63,300 nucleotides of DNA from an uncultured virus (IMG/VR IMGVR_UViG_3300008111_000027) (IMGVR_UViG_3300008111_000027:62001-125300), one strand, 5' to 3'; positions 43,586 through 53,216 are shown, counted from the first letter of the stretch. Program-made: numbers and translations. The notes: generated by a model not told the origin, from the letters alone.

Positions 43586-43930
43586 ATGTCAACAAAACTA
43601 CCTAAAAAACCAAATGACACCGTAATCAAGAAGTTAATACTAAAACAAGACTATAAAAGTTTTGGTGATTTTTACAACGTCAATAAAGAACTTATTTATC
43701 GCACCTTAGCGAATCTATTTAAAAGTCTCAAAAGAAAAGATAAAAACAATGTAACTTTAGTCTTGGGCGCTAAGATAAATGGTTTACAGTGGGAGACCGA
43801 ATTAAAATTTAAGAGACAAGAATCAATAGTATTAGTTAGAGATATCTTACCTTTCTTTGAAACCAATGAAGATTATGAAACATGTGGTGAGATTACCGAC
43901 ACTTACAATAAAATAATTCAAATTCAATAA
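43586..43930 (+). CDS. hypothetical protein
   Basis: ORF; FF...EDYE.C. Confidence 0.65.
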   Translation: MSTKLPKKPNDTVIKKLILKQDYKSFGDFYNVNKELIYRTLANLFKSLKRKDKNNVTLVLGAKINGLQWETELKFKRQESIVLVRDILPFFETNEDYETCGEITDTYNKIIQIQ

Positions 43931-46209
43931 GACGAAGAAGATAAGTTAGCATCTCCTTTTACAATATACTTGATGTTAAAAGTAACTGATGTATTTGTAA
44001 AATTTATTGAGAAATTATTTGATGGAGTGACTGTATTGAAGTTTGATATTGTTAACGAATTAAAATCATTCGCGGTGTACCAATAAACCTCATCAAATGT
44101 TATCATACTTGTTAAATTAGCACCTAATAAGTACGCATCCGATATTGTTACCTTACCATCTTTATTAATATCGCCAGCTTTCATTTTCGGGCCATTATTC
44201 AATACTACACCGGGTTGTAATAAACTCGGTGTATTTTCGTTTTGTGACTCATTAAAAACATTATCAAAATCTGCGGACGTTAATGATGATGAAAACGAAG
44301 GAACTATTTTATAAGTTGAGTTATATTTTGTTGGGTTTAAAGTGTAAGTACCTGTTGTACCAACCGTGACAGTTTGTAACAGTGTCTCAACACCATTTTC
44401 AACCAAATATAATTTTACTTGTGGTCTTACCGATAAACCTGTAGGTATCGTAATTGTACCGATTATTGTTTCAGTTATAATCGTTACAGAACCTGATGAA
44501 CTATAAGCGAAACCACAAGTACCACTTTGTAATTGAGCTCTGAACAATGTTTTGACGGTTATATTTGTGTATGAATAAGTTGTCGATGTGTTTACAATGT
44601 CAGTCCATGTTACACCATCATTTGTTGAACGTTGCCATTTAACAATTGTACCCGTGTAACTACTTAGTGTAAGTGTTCCTGAGTTTGTTGTAGAAGTATG
44701 TGTTGATGAAGATATAGAACCACCAACAGGAGGTGTTCCCGATGTAACTGTGATTATTTTAGAATCAGAAAAGACCGCACTACCACAATTTGGAGTTTGA
44801 ACTTCTACCCTATAATAATAAGTTCCGGCGCTACTAATTGTTTCGGTAAGACTTGTGGTTGTATTTGATATATCGGTCCATGTTGTTCCATTAGTTGAGC
44901 GTTGCCATTTATTTACATTACCTTGTTGACCAGATAATGTTAATTCGGATTGCCCTCCCGCACATATACTATTATTTACCGCAAATACTGAACCTGATTT
45001 TGTTGGTTTTACAGACAGATAAACACTTGATGTTACTAAACCTGTACAACTCACAGGACTTGTTGAATTTATTACCGCTCTGTAGTATGTGGTTTTAGTT
45101 AAGTTGGTTACTGTTATACTTGAAGATGTACTCGATATTGTGGTTGCTGCGGTAAAAAAGTTATCAAAAGAAGATTCCCATCTAACAATACTACCTGTAT
45201 ACCCATTTAACGTTAAAGTTGTGCTGTTACTACCCGAACAAACATTTATGTTACCACCACTTATGTAACCACTTGAAGCGTTACTGATTTCAACATTCCT
45301 TGTTAATATTGTGATACTTGATGTTTGGTCGTTTGGCATGTCTCCATATTCACAAATATAACCGGGTAAGTTAGTGTTAGGTAAATCATTCCATTGTCCA
45401 CTGTTCGCGGAATAAAATTGTGCATAATGTTCACCACCCGCATTATTTGGTTCACCACCAGCCCATTTTGAGTATTGACCCGTTACCGCGGTACTACCGT
45501 TAGAAAACTGTGTCCCCTTCTCAGGACCTGACACCCAATGCCATTTTTGTTCTACCGCCGCTTGTGAAGTATAAACGGTAGAACCCTTAGCGGTATTAAC
45601 CTGACTCATCTCATCCGACGCCCCAAACCAACCATCTGATGACATTAATTTCCAAATAAAATTATTTTCAGCTTCAGAAGACATGGTCGCTAAATAACCG
45701 GCTCTACCAAAATAAGACCTTAACTCAGAATTAGTTTTTGCGGTTGTCCATGAACCTGATGATGAAACATATTCATAAAAATGTTCAGTTAATGGGTTGT
45801 AAAAAACTAAACCAGCAACAAATGTGACTCTCCTTTGTAGTGGGTAACAAGTTGATGTTGTTGATTTAAATTCAACACCTCTCAATACTGTTTGCCAATC
45901 ACTTGCACTTGCTGTGCCCGAAAATACTAATATACCTGTGGTAGTATTAAAAGAAGCACTCACACCTGTTGGTAAAGTTGATGTTGACCTCAATTGGTCG
46001 CCACTTGTGTACGTTTGAGATATTTGAACTCTAAATCCATTTATTGTCCCATTTGCTGTAATTGTTAAATTAGGGTCAACCTTGGTCCATGTATTGTAAG
46101 TAGATGATACCACACCCGTACTACTTGTACCCAATGACATTGTTGTTGCTTGTGAAAAAGCTAAGACAGGTAACAACAAAAACAATATAAAAAATAGTAC
46201 ATTTCTCAT
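43924..46209 (-). CDS. secreted protein: C-type-lectin-like domain, Ig-like repeats, dockerin-like C-terminus
   Basis: signal peptide; GYLAT..S.AEN, W.GGEPNN, WNDL, YICEY; GDINKDGKVTISDA. Confidence 0.75.
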   Translation of the reverse strand: MRNVLFFILFLLLPVLAFSQATTMSLGTSSTGVVSSTYNTWTKVDPNLTITANGTINGFRVQISQTYTSGDQLRSTSTLPTGVSASFNTTTGILVFSGTASASDWQTVLRGVEFKSTTSTCYPLQRRVTFVAGLVFYNPLTEHFYEYVSSSGSWTTAKTNSELRSYFGRAGYLATMSSEAENNFIWKLMSSDGWFGASDEMSQVNTAKGSTVYTSQAAVEQKWHWVSGPEKGTQFSNGSTAVTGQYSKWAGGEPNNAGGEHYAQFYSANSGQWNDLPNTNLPGYICEYGDMPNDQTSSITILTRNVEISNASSGYISGGNINVCSGSNSTTLTLNGYTGSIVRWESSFDNFFTAATTISSTSSSITVTNLTKTTYYRAVINSTSPVSCTGLVTSSVYLSVKPTKSGSVFAVNNSICAGGQSELTLSGQQGNVNKWQRSTNGTTWTDISNTTTSLTETISSAGTYYYRVEVQTPNCGSAVFSDSKIITVTSGTPPVGGSISSSTHTSTTNSGTLTLSSYTGTIVKWQRSTNDGVTWTDIVNTSTTYSYTNITVKTLFRAQLQSGTCGFAYSSSGSVTIITETIIGTITIPTGLSVRPQVKLYLVENGVETLLQTVTVGTTGTYTLNPTKYNSTYKIVPSFSSSLTSADFDNVFNESQNENTPSLLQPGVVLNNGPKMKAGDINKDGKVTISDAYLLGANLTSMITFDEVYWYTANDFNSLTISNFNTVTPSNNFSINFTNTSVTFNIKYIVKGDANLSSSSY

Positions 46210-48002
46210 AAATTTATCTTACTACCAATTAAAAAGAATGACAAAATCGGAAATTCCGGATTTGTACTCATATTTGCTTTATAGTTGACATTTAACTTAA
46301 ATCTTTTTGATATTTGATAATCAATACCCGTCCCAATAAACCCACTCACGTATCTATCACTTATTGATACTTTGTCTTTGGTTGAATAAACCAATGGTGT
46401 AGAAATAACATATAATTCAGGACTAACTATCATTTTTTTACTAACCTTAATTGGTCTTGTATAAAAAGCGGTAATTGATGGTGAATAATAACCACTTTTT
46501 TCTTCTGATATTATCGTGGCTGCACCACTTATATTAAAACCTGTTACACCGTATTTTCCACCATTTAAAATCCCACTATAACCAACAAAACCCAAGTAGT
46601 TTCCGTAAGTATATACACCCGTTAAATTTAAATTATGTATGAATTTTAATTTTTTTGATTTACTGTAATGTATTTTAGTGTATTTAGCCGAAACAGCAAA
46701 CTGTTTAAAGTTTAACCATACCATACCAGTAACACCATAACTTGATAAACCCGTCATTGACGATTTACTTGTACCTATATTAACAATAGGTGTAAATGTT
46801 CTATTCAAGTTTTGTGCTGAGGTAATATCAGAAGAAACTATTATAGGGTTTGACCTCGCACTACCACTACCCCCTGATTTACCTTTACCACCACTATTAG
46901 AACCTCCACCCGCATTATTATCATTGTGTGCATCATTATTCATTTGTGTTGTGGCACCAACTTCCTCACCCTTTTGATTATTTGTGTTGGTGTTATTAGT
47001 ATTACTTGAACCGCTTCCACCTGTTGTATTTGTACCACTAGTGGTACCACCATTAGAACCCCCACTATTACCATTTGTAGAACCACCTGTGGTATTACCA
47101 TTAGAACCGTTTGTATTAGAACCTCCACTATTTGAATTGTTGGTATTACTACCACCACTACCACTTGTGGTTGCCGAACCGTTTGTATTAGTTGTTGAAC
47201 CACCCGAAGTATTTGTAGATGTTCCATTGTTACCGGTTGTTGTGTTCGTATTATTAGACGAACTATTGTTAGTACCACCAGAACCACCACTATTGGTTGA
47301 ACCTGAATTGTTGTTAGTAGACGTGTTTGTTCCTACAGACGGTTGAGTCGTTGAATTTCCACCTTGAGTTGTGTTACCTGAACCTGATGTCCCTCCACCA
47401 TTCGTTGTATTCCCATTTCCTGATGTTGAACCACTTCCTCCATTTGAGTTATTAGTTCCTGAATTCGTTTGGGATTGTCCTCCAGTTTGAGTTGAAGTAG
47501 TACTCGTTGTATTTGATTGAGATGAATTATTTCCATTTGTTTGGGATGAATTATTATTTTTCTTTTTTTCAGAATTTTTATTGTCTTTTCCACCAGCATC
47601 ACTACTTGACGAACCACTTTCTAAACTTGTTGATTGTGATTGACTGCTTGACAAAATAGAACTAACAACTGACTGAATCGTACCTCCAATTATTTGTGCG
47701 GTTATCTGATTTTGAATTACCTGACCTTGTTGTTGTGAACAGGGATTGGTCTGTCTGTATTTTGTGTAAACCTGATTTACCCAATTTGAAAAATTACCAT
47801 TTGACAAATCATTAGCATCAAAGTAACCAACATTATCTAAAAAAATAATCATTGTTTTACCACCCTGTATTGGTACACTAAACATAGTTACCTCTTTTGT
47901 ACAAGGGTCGATAAAGGTATATGTTGATACCTGTGCTTTCGATATGTTACATACGAAAATAAGAAAAAAACTTAATATTAACGTTTTAAAATTCATAACC
48001 AT
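46206..48002 (-). CDS. secreted protein with G/S/T/N low-complexity stalk and beta-barrel-like C-terminus
   Basis: signal peptide, about 250-aa GSTN region, alternating-hydrophobic strands at the C-terminus. Confidence 0.65.
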   Translation of the reverse strand: MVMNFKTLILSFFLIFVCNISKAQVSTYTFIDPCTKEVTMFSVPIQGGKTMIIFLDNVGYFDANDLSNGNFSNWVNQVYTKYRQTNPCSQQQGQVIQNQITAQIIGGTIQSVVSSILSSSQSQSTSLESGSSSSDAGGKDNKNSEKKKNNNSSQTNGNNSSQSNTTSTTSTQTGGQSQTNSGTNNSNGGSGSTSGNGNTTNGGGTSGSGNTTQGGNSTTQPSVGTNTSTNNNSGSTNSGGSGGTNNSSSNNTNTTTGNNGTSTNTSGGSTTNTNGSATTSGSGGSNTNNSNSGGSNTNGSNGNTTGGSTNGNSGGSNGGTTSGTNTTGGSGSSNTNNTNTNNQKGEEVGATTQMNNDAHNDNNAGGGSNSGGKGKSGGSGSARSNPIIVSSDITSAQNLNRTFTPIVNIGTSKSSMTGLSSYGVTGMVWLNFKQFAVSAKYTKIHYSKSKKLKFIHNLNLTGVYTYGNYLGFVGYSGILNGGKYGVTGFNISGAATIISEEKSGYYSPSITAFYTRPIKVSKKMIVSPELYVISTPLVYSTKDKVSISDRYVSGFIGTGIDYQISKRFKLNVNYKANMSTNPEFPILSFFLIGSKINL

Positions 48003-48006
48003 ATTA

Positions 48007-48030
48007 AAAAGGGGGTTTAACCCCCCTTTT
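48007..48030. terminator. bidirectional intrinsic terminator
   Basis: AAAAGGGGG TTTAAC CCCCCTTTT. Confidence 0.7.
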
Positions 48031-48053
48031 ATTAACTTTTAAACATTATGAAG

Positions 48054-48812
48054 TTATTTTGGGAATACACCCTTTTTTATCATTCTTAATAGAATTCTTG
48101 AACAAGCAATATCTAATGCTTTTTTTGTACTAATACCTATTGTTGATTGATTAAACTTCACTTCACTTAAATTATCATCATTCAAAAGACTGAGTTCTCT
48201 TACTGTTACCGCTTCACCTAAACCACTTGCGGCGATTATTTGACCGGTTTCTGCGTCTGTAAATCTAACCTGTAAACCTAATCTAGTTACAACGGTATTT
48301 TTAACACCATTACTAAGATTTACGGTTTCATCCTCACTCACTGAAAATTCATAAACTTCAATTGTCACAAAATAATGTGCCAATCTTATCTTACCTCTAC
48401 CATTTAATGTGTCATAACTAATACCGGCTTGAGATGCTTGGTATTGTTTCACCATACGATTTTTGATTTCAGTTTTGTCTTCGGTAAATGTGAATCTATT
48501 TAAATTCTCCAAATATTCAAGTGTAATATTGGCAACACCCAAACCAACTTTTTTTTCTTTTAGTTCGGGATATTGTTCATACACCTCATCACTAATACCA
48601 ATTTTCAAAATTTGTATTGGGATTTGAGGGCCATCATAATCCATAAGAGAATCTATAGACACATTTGTTTCAAAAGACGCTTTATATTGTTCTGTTTGTG
48701 TCTTACCCACAACTTGAGCACTTACCGTATTAGCAAATAGTAACATCGCCAAAAACCATAGTATTACTAAAACAATTGGAGATAAAATTTTCTTAAATAA
48801 GAAATTTTTCAT
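48054..48812 (-). CDS. CsgG/FlgT-like (curli-secretion-channel-like) protein
   Basis: GLGVANI..EYL....RF...E, V.EFSV, LQVRFTDAETGQII.ASG.GE. Confidence 0.6.
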   Translation of the reverse strand: MKNFLFKKILSPIVLVILWFLAMLLFANTVSAQVVGKTQTEQYKASFETNVSIDSLMDYDGPQIPIQILKIGISDEVYEQYPELKEKKVGLGVANITLEYLENLNRFTFTEDKTEIKNRMVKQYQASQAGISYDTLNGRGKIRLAHYFVTIEVYEFSVSEDETVNLSNGVKNTVVTRLGLQVRFTDAETGQIIAASGLGEAVTVRELSLLNDDNLSEVKFNQSTIGISTKKALDIACSRILLRMIKKGVFPK

Positions 48813-48813
48813 A

Positions 48814-49362
48814 TTACTCAGGGTCTTTAATCTTACCACATTTCAAACATTCTAAATCACCGTCATTATCTTGGTCGCCCCAAACGTGCTCACATTGACG
48901 ATGTTCAAAATATTCATCTATGATACCATCATTATCAAAATCTAAACCATCCATTACACCATCACCATCTTCGTCTATTTCCACACCAACTTGGGGGGTG
49001 ACTTGAGGAGTGACTTGAGGGGTAGATTCATCTAAACTTTGATTGATTGGTGTTTTCATATCGGCGGTGTTTGACAAAGATGTACCATCTTCCTCATCCA
49101 TTTTTTGTACTAACATTTTATCTTTATCGGTATCACTGAACCAATAGTCAATGATTTTACCATAAGAACCAATGAAAGCACCAAGAAGTAAAAGAAGAAG
49201 TTCTTTCCATTCTCCACCTATTTCATTTTTACCAATTATGGCGGCAAATATTCCAGCCATAATAAACATAAATCCACCTAAAACAATCGCGGTAATAAAC
49301 CACCTTCTTTTCATCATTGAATTAAGAAGGTCTTTAAATCCGGTTGGTTGATTATTTACCAT
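48814..49362 (-). CDS. two-TM membrane protein with Ca-binding DxDxDG repeats
   Basis: hydrophobic helices, IIDYWFS; DEDGDG, DFDNDG, DQDNDG. Confidence 0.65.
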   Translation of the reverse strand: MVNNQPTGFKDLLNSMMKRRWFITAIVLGGFMFIMAGIFAAIIGKNEIGGEWKELLLLLLGAFIGSYGKIIDYWFSDTDKDKMLVQKMDEEDGTSLSNTADMKTPINQSLDESTPQVTPQVTPQVGVEIDEDGDGVMDGLDFDNDGIIDEYFEHRQCEHVWGDQDNDGDLECLKCGKIKDPE

Positions 49363-49694
49363 TGTGGTTCTTTTTCTTTAAATTCATCACCTTCTTTTTT
49401 AGGTTTAGAAGGTTCTGATTTGGATGGTTTTTCAACCACTCTTTCTTTTATAATTGTAGTATTTCCCCCACCACTTGATGATGTGTTCTTAGAAGAATTA
49501 TCTACATTTAAATTAATAACAGGTGCCGATTGTTGAGTTGGTGTGGGTTCATTTTTTTCTTCACCACCACCCATAAGAGTAGTAGTAAACCATGTACCAC
49601 CAGCTAAAATTGCGGTTGAAATAGTTCCGATTAATGTTTTCTTAAGGCCTGACCATGTTCCGTCAGATTCTGGTACGTTTGTTTCGTCGCTCAT
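49356..49694 (-). CDS. single-TM hypothetical protein
   Basis: one hydrophobic segment. Confidence 0.6.
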   Translation of the reverse strand: MSDETNVPESDGTWSGLKKTLIGTISTAILAGGTWFTTTLMGGGEEKNEPTPTQQSAPVINLNVDNSSKNTSSSGGGNTTIIKERVVEKPSKSEPSKPKKEGDEFKEKEPQW

Positions 49695-49698
49695 AGTT

Positions 49699-51615
49699 TT
49701 AAACTTTTATAAATTGTCTTGTTAATTGTTTATTATAATTATTCAAAATCAGATAATAATTACCTGATGATGCAGAACTCATATCAATTTGTTTGTAGGC
49801 AGTTGTTTCCATATAGTTAGTGGTAACAGAACCAACTTGTTTAATTAGTTGACCTCTATTATCATAGATGGAAACATTCATTGACATGTTTGGGTTGGGA
49901 AATTTTACTTCTAATTCAAACCAACCACCAGTTGGGTTTGGACGAATTGATGCTGTAATTTCATCAATGTCTTGATTCATAGGTGGTGCCATTTTGTACA
50001 TAATAACAGCAACACTACTAACTAAGTCAATATTCAAGTGGTCACCTCTTTCATCGGATGCGTCCATTAATTGTCTAACGTAAATATTACTCACAATATC
50101 ATTATTTCCAATAGGTGAAAATTTTAATTTAAATGGTGTTGCTTGACCAATTAAACCATCTTTAAATTGGTTATTCATACCACCAAATCTAATTGTACCA
50201 GCAGTTGCGTCATGTGTAACGTACTGTAACCATGGACCTCCGTTAAAATTAGATATGATTTCTTCAAATTTAACCTTGTTTTTATCATATTTCATTTCAA
50301 ACTGTAGACCATAATTATTATCACCATTAGTGTTTACATTAAATGGTACGTATATTGGTTGATTACCTGATGATGCGGTATTAGGTATCTCAACATCTAA
50401 TTTACCTTTAAACACCGCCTTAGCTACTAATACACCTGATGAGTTCCATACTCTCGATGAGTAAGTTCTGTCAACATCACCTTGAATAAAGTACTTAATG
50501 TTTACTGTCTTATTAGTTAATCCAACACTATCAGTAATAAAATTGGTGGCGGTTAAATGATTTGGCCAATCATTCCATTGTGTTGAACCTAACACTAATG
50601 AATCATAAACATCAGCGTGGAATGTTCTAATCATGGTTGTGGTGTCAATTTTTTTCATACCACTAACGTTTGCATAAATCAAGTATGGGTCACCACCATC
50701 TAACTTTCCGTTTTGGTTCATATCACCTATTAGATAAGCCAAGCCATTTTTCAAATATTGTTGACCAAATCCTTGGTTTACATCAGTTACTGTATATTCA
50801 TCATATGTTTTTACCGCGTCTGATATTGTCACTGCGTAATCTCTGAAAACTTCCATACTATCCGCGGGGAATCTTACAAGTAATTTATACTTAGTATTTT
50901 TATCTACGTTGTTAAGTGAGTAGAAACCCGCAGTGTCACAAAGTGCTGATGATACAAATGTACCTGTGTTGTATTTTGTACATATAACTGTTGGTCTTCT
51001 ACCATTTAGTTTCATTGTTGGCGGTAATTCAACAACACCACTGATAACCAAGTTACCCAAAAGTTCAAGATGCATGTCTTGAACATCTAAGATTGCAATG
51101 TTATCACCTATTGTAGTACCGTCATATTTGAACATTCGAGCCCAGTTTATTTCAACACTGTCCGCGTCGAAGTTCGATTCAACATCGTTGATGATAAATT
51201 TGTTGTGAATCAAAAAGGTGTCTTGGGTGATTTGAGAACCACTTGACAAAACCAAAAAGTTTCTTGCCACAGTGTAATTTGTATCCGTTGAATATGAGTA
51301 CAAACCAGTTCCCGAACTGTAGCTTGAGTATTTGTAGTTGTTAAAGAACTTAATCGAAAGTGCTGGTGTCATAGTACTCACAGTTGGGTCGACAGTTGTT
51401 GATACGTGAGTGAAAAGTTGTTTTCTATATTGAAAATCAACTTGGAAAGTTCTAACATCAACAGAAGATGCTGGTGTGTATTTAAACACAACATCAAGGG
51501 TGTCACCCCTTTTGATTGTTTTATACGCAACAGGATTACCAATCTGTGGCGTAGTTTGAGAAAACGCGGTCGTCGTAAAAATTAACGCGGTTAGGATAAA
51601 TAATAATTTTTTCAT
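49699..51615 (-). CDS. secreted cohesin/dockerin-like protein with T9SS type A C-terminal sorting domain
   Basis: signal peptide; FQVDFQY and GLQFEMKYD cohesin-like strands; GDMNQNGKLDGGD; PNPT...IYD.RGQLI...SGNYYL...RQFIKV. Confidence 0.72.
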   Translation of the reverse strand: MKKLLFILTALIFTTTAFSQTTPQIGNPVAYKTIKRGDTLDVVFKYTPASSVDVRTFQVDFQYRKQLFTHVSTTVDPTVSTMTPALSIKFFNNYKYSSYSSGTGLYSYSTDTNYTVARNFLVLSSGSQITQDTFLIHNKFIINDVESNFDADSVEINWARMFKYDGTTIGDNIAILDVQDMHLELLGNLVISGVVELPPTMKLNGRRPTVICTKYNTGTFVSSALCDTAGFYSLNNVDKNTKYKLLVRFPADSMEVFRDYAVTISDAVKTYDEYTVTDVNQGFGQQYLKNGLAYLIGDMNQNGKLDGGDPYLIYANVSGMKKIDTTTMIRTFHADVYDSLVLGSTQWNDWPNHLTATNFITDSVGLTNKTVNIKYFIQGDVDRTYSSRVWNSSGVLVAKAVFKGKLDVEIPNTASSGNQPIYVPFNVNTNGDNNYGLQFEMKYDKNKVKFEEIISNFNGGPWLQYVTHDATAGTIRFGGMNNQFKDGLIGQATPFKLKFSPIGNNDIVSNIYVRQLMDASDERGDHLNIDLVSSVAVIMYKMAPPMNQDIDEITASIRPNPTGGWFELEVKFPNPNMSMNVSIYDNRGQLIKQVGSVTTNYMETTAYKQIDMSSASSGNYYLILNNYNKQLTRQFIKV

Positions 51616-52109
51616 AGTATTAGTTTGTTTATTAGGTTTTGAGTTGTTTTCTTTAATGCCGAACTAGCAGATTGTTGATTGAATTTACCACCCTCATCAA
51701 TCATTATGGTTGAGGTTGAAATTTCGGTTGATTTACCTTCCGAAAATTCCTGTTTAATTTTTTTATCACCTTTGTACAATACACCTTTCATTCTTATGAC
51801 GGTGGTTGTTTTGTCTTCGTGAAAAATACTAACCCCCGAGTTAGTCGTTACAATGTCAAAAAATATGAGTTCAACTTTAATTTTGTAGTCTGCTTTATTT
51901 TTATCTGTAATCAGAATTAAACTATCCTGTTCATTGATGATTTCTTCAATTATATTTTTAACACCGAAAGCCAAATTCTTATTTTCGGTGAACGGACCAA
52001 TTTTAATGTTATTGATTACCGTATCAACAACAATAGTTTGGGCATTCAGATTCGAAAATCCAAATGATATTAGAAATAATAATAATATGATGGGCAGTCT
52101 CTTCATCAC
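51612..52109 (-). CDS. secreted protein, possibly CsgG/LptE-like
   Basis: signal peptide; FGVKNIIEE and FNQ..S.A.KK shared with 48054-48812. Confidence 0.55.
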   Translation of the reverse strand: MMKRLPIILLLFLISFGFSNLNAQTIVVDTVINNIKIGPFTENKNLAFGVKNIIEEIINEQDSLILITDKNKADYKIKVELIFFDIVTTNSGVSIFHEDKTTTVIRMKGVLYKGDKKIKQEFSEGKSTEISTSTIMIDEGGKFNQQSASSALKKTTQNLINKLIL

Positions 52110-52146
52110 AAAAAAGAAAAAATGGGGTTATCTAACCCCATAATTT

Positions 52147-52401
52147 TTACTCAGAAACTTCGTCGTCTGATTTCTTTTTATGTGAGAACTTATCTAAAGT
52201 ATCTGCACCCATTCCAATAGCGGTAATGACCATCACCGCGTTTACCAATTCTTCTGATGGTTTAATGTCACCATGTGTAAAAGAATTTGCCATCATGGTT
52301 CCGCAAAGGAATAATGCACCTAAAAGGGCGATTACCGGTTTGATTGAAGTTGACCCTCTTTCATCTTTGAAAAGGTCAATAATCCATTTTTTGAAGTTCA
52401 T
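52147..52401 (-). CDS. small two-TM protein (holin-like)
   Basis: D.RG..S.K, two hydrophobic helices, charged tail. Confidence 0.55.
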   Translation of the reverse strand: MNFKKWIIDLFKDERGSTSIKPVIALLGALFLCGTMMANSFTHGDIKPSEELVNAVMVITAIGMGADTLDKFSHKKKSDDEVSE

Positions 52402-52522
52402 AGTTGTAATTTAGTTTAGTTTATTTATTTGGTTTACTATAAATACCTCGGCAATCGAGATTGTTATATATATTTTTTTAAAAAAATTTCAAACTTTTCT
52501 TGTTTTTCAGCATACTTATTAT

Positions 52523-52530
52523 TATCTTTG
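52523..52530 (+). promoter_or_regulatory. Bacteroidota-type -7 promoter element of tRNA operon 1
   Basis: TATCTTTG matches TAnnTTTG. Confidence 0.7.
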
Positions 52531-52560
52531 TAAAAGATTTTAAAATTAAATAAAACTTCA

Positions 52561-52650
52561 ATGAGACGCTTTACACATACAATGTCATTTACAATCTGTT
52601 CAAAATGGGCGGAGGTGGCTGATATTTGCATGTCCCGAGGTGTCTTGTAA
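52561..52650 (+). CDS. leader peptide 1 (29 aa, MRRFTHTMSFTICSKWAEVADICMSRGVL)
   Basis: ATG..TAA between promoter and terminator; codons match operon 1 anticodons; contains antiterminator TCCCGAGGT. Confidence 0.8.
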   Translation: MRRFTHTMSFTICSKWAEVADICMSRGVL

Positions 52651-52677
52651 GTTGTTTAGTTTAAAACGATATAAAGG

Positions 52678-52706
52678 AACCTCGGGAGAAATCTCGAGGT
52701 TTTTTT
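52678..52706 (+). terminator. attenuator terminator of tRNA operon 1
   Basis: AACCTCGGGA GAAA TCTCGAGGTT + U tract. Confidence 0.88.
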
Positions 52707-52713
52707 GTTTTAT

Positions 52714-52783
52714 GGGCCTGATGTCAACGGCAGACCGTCTGATTTGCAATCAGAACGATTGGGTTCGATTCCCACAGTGTCCA
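52714..52783 (+). tRNA. tRNA-Ala(TGC), acceptor stem imperfect
   Basis: TCTGA TTTGCAA TCAGA arm; G3:U70; GTTCGATTC. Confidence 0.75.
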
Positions 52784-52784
52784 C

Positions 52785-52822
52785 AAATCTGGGTGTCACA
52801 GGTTCAATTCCTGTCGGTACCA
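52785..52822 (+). pseudogene. 3' half of a tRNA, probably tRNA-Phe(GAA)
   Basis: AAA TCTGG GTGTC ACAGG TTCAATT CCTGT CGGTACC A; no 5' half. Confidence 0.65.
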
Positions 52823-52827
52823 CATTT

Positions 52828-52901
52828 GTCTTCGTAGCTCAATTGGTTAGAGCACCACACTTTTAATGTGGGGGTTATGCGTTCGAGTCGCATCGGGGAC
52901 A
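52828..52901 (+). tRNA. tRNA-Lys(TTT)
   Basis: CCACA CTTTTAA TGTGG. Confidence 0.93.
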
Positions 52902-52902
52902 C

Positions 52903-53039
52903 AAAGGTTGATTGGGGAATGATACATCAATATCTCGAGAGTGAATATTGGATGATGTATTCGGAGTTTGCAGATATTCACCTGAAGTAACGCCAATCGT
53001 AAAAGAGGATGTCCACTGAACCATCTTCCTCTTTCCTTT
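52903..53039 (+). ncRNA. unknown structured RNA A
   Basis: AAAGG/CCTTT closing stem, GATTGG/CCAATC, ATACATCA/TGATGTAT, AAGAGGA/TCCTCTT. Confidence 0.5.
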
Positions 53040-53042
53040 CAT

Positions 53043-53115
53043 AGTTCCTTAGCTCAGTTGGGAGAGCGTCTGCCTTACATGCAGAGGGTCGTCGGTTCGA
53101 ATCCGACAGGGACTA
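53043..53115 (+). tRNA. tRNA-Val(TAC)
   Basis: TCTGC CTTACAT GCAGA. Confidence 0.93.
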
Positions 53116-53123
53116 CACAATAC

Positions 53124-53194
53124 ACAGGTGTAGTGAAAGGGTATCATACCGGTCTCCAAAACCGTTGTTGGGAGTTCGAATCTCTCCACCTGTG
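53124..53194 (+). tRNA. tRNA-Trp(CCA)
   Basis: CGGT CTCCAAA ACCG. Confidence 0.9.
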
Positions 53195-53216
53195 CAAACT
53201 TTTAAAAATAAACGAC

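Noticed and set aside
46850..47620. Overlapping alternative ORFs in the G/S/T/N region
   Set aside because: By-products of low-complexity coding sequence.
52714..52783. Reading this tRNA as Cys(GCA)
   Set aside because: The 7-nt loop TTTGCAA centres on TGC, and G3:U70 indicates Ala.
52640..52837. 65-aa ORF
   Set aside because: Crosses the terminator and tRNA-Ala; the plausible short ORF is 52561-52650.
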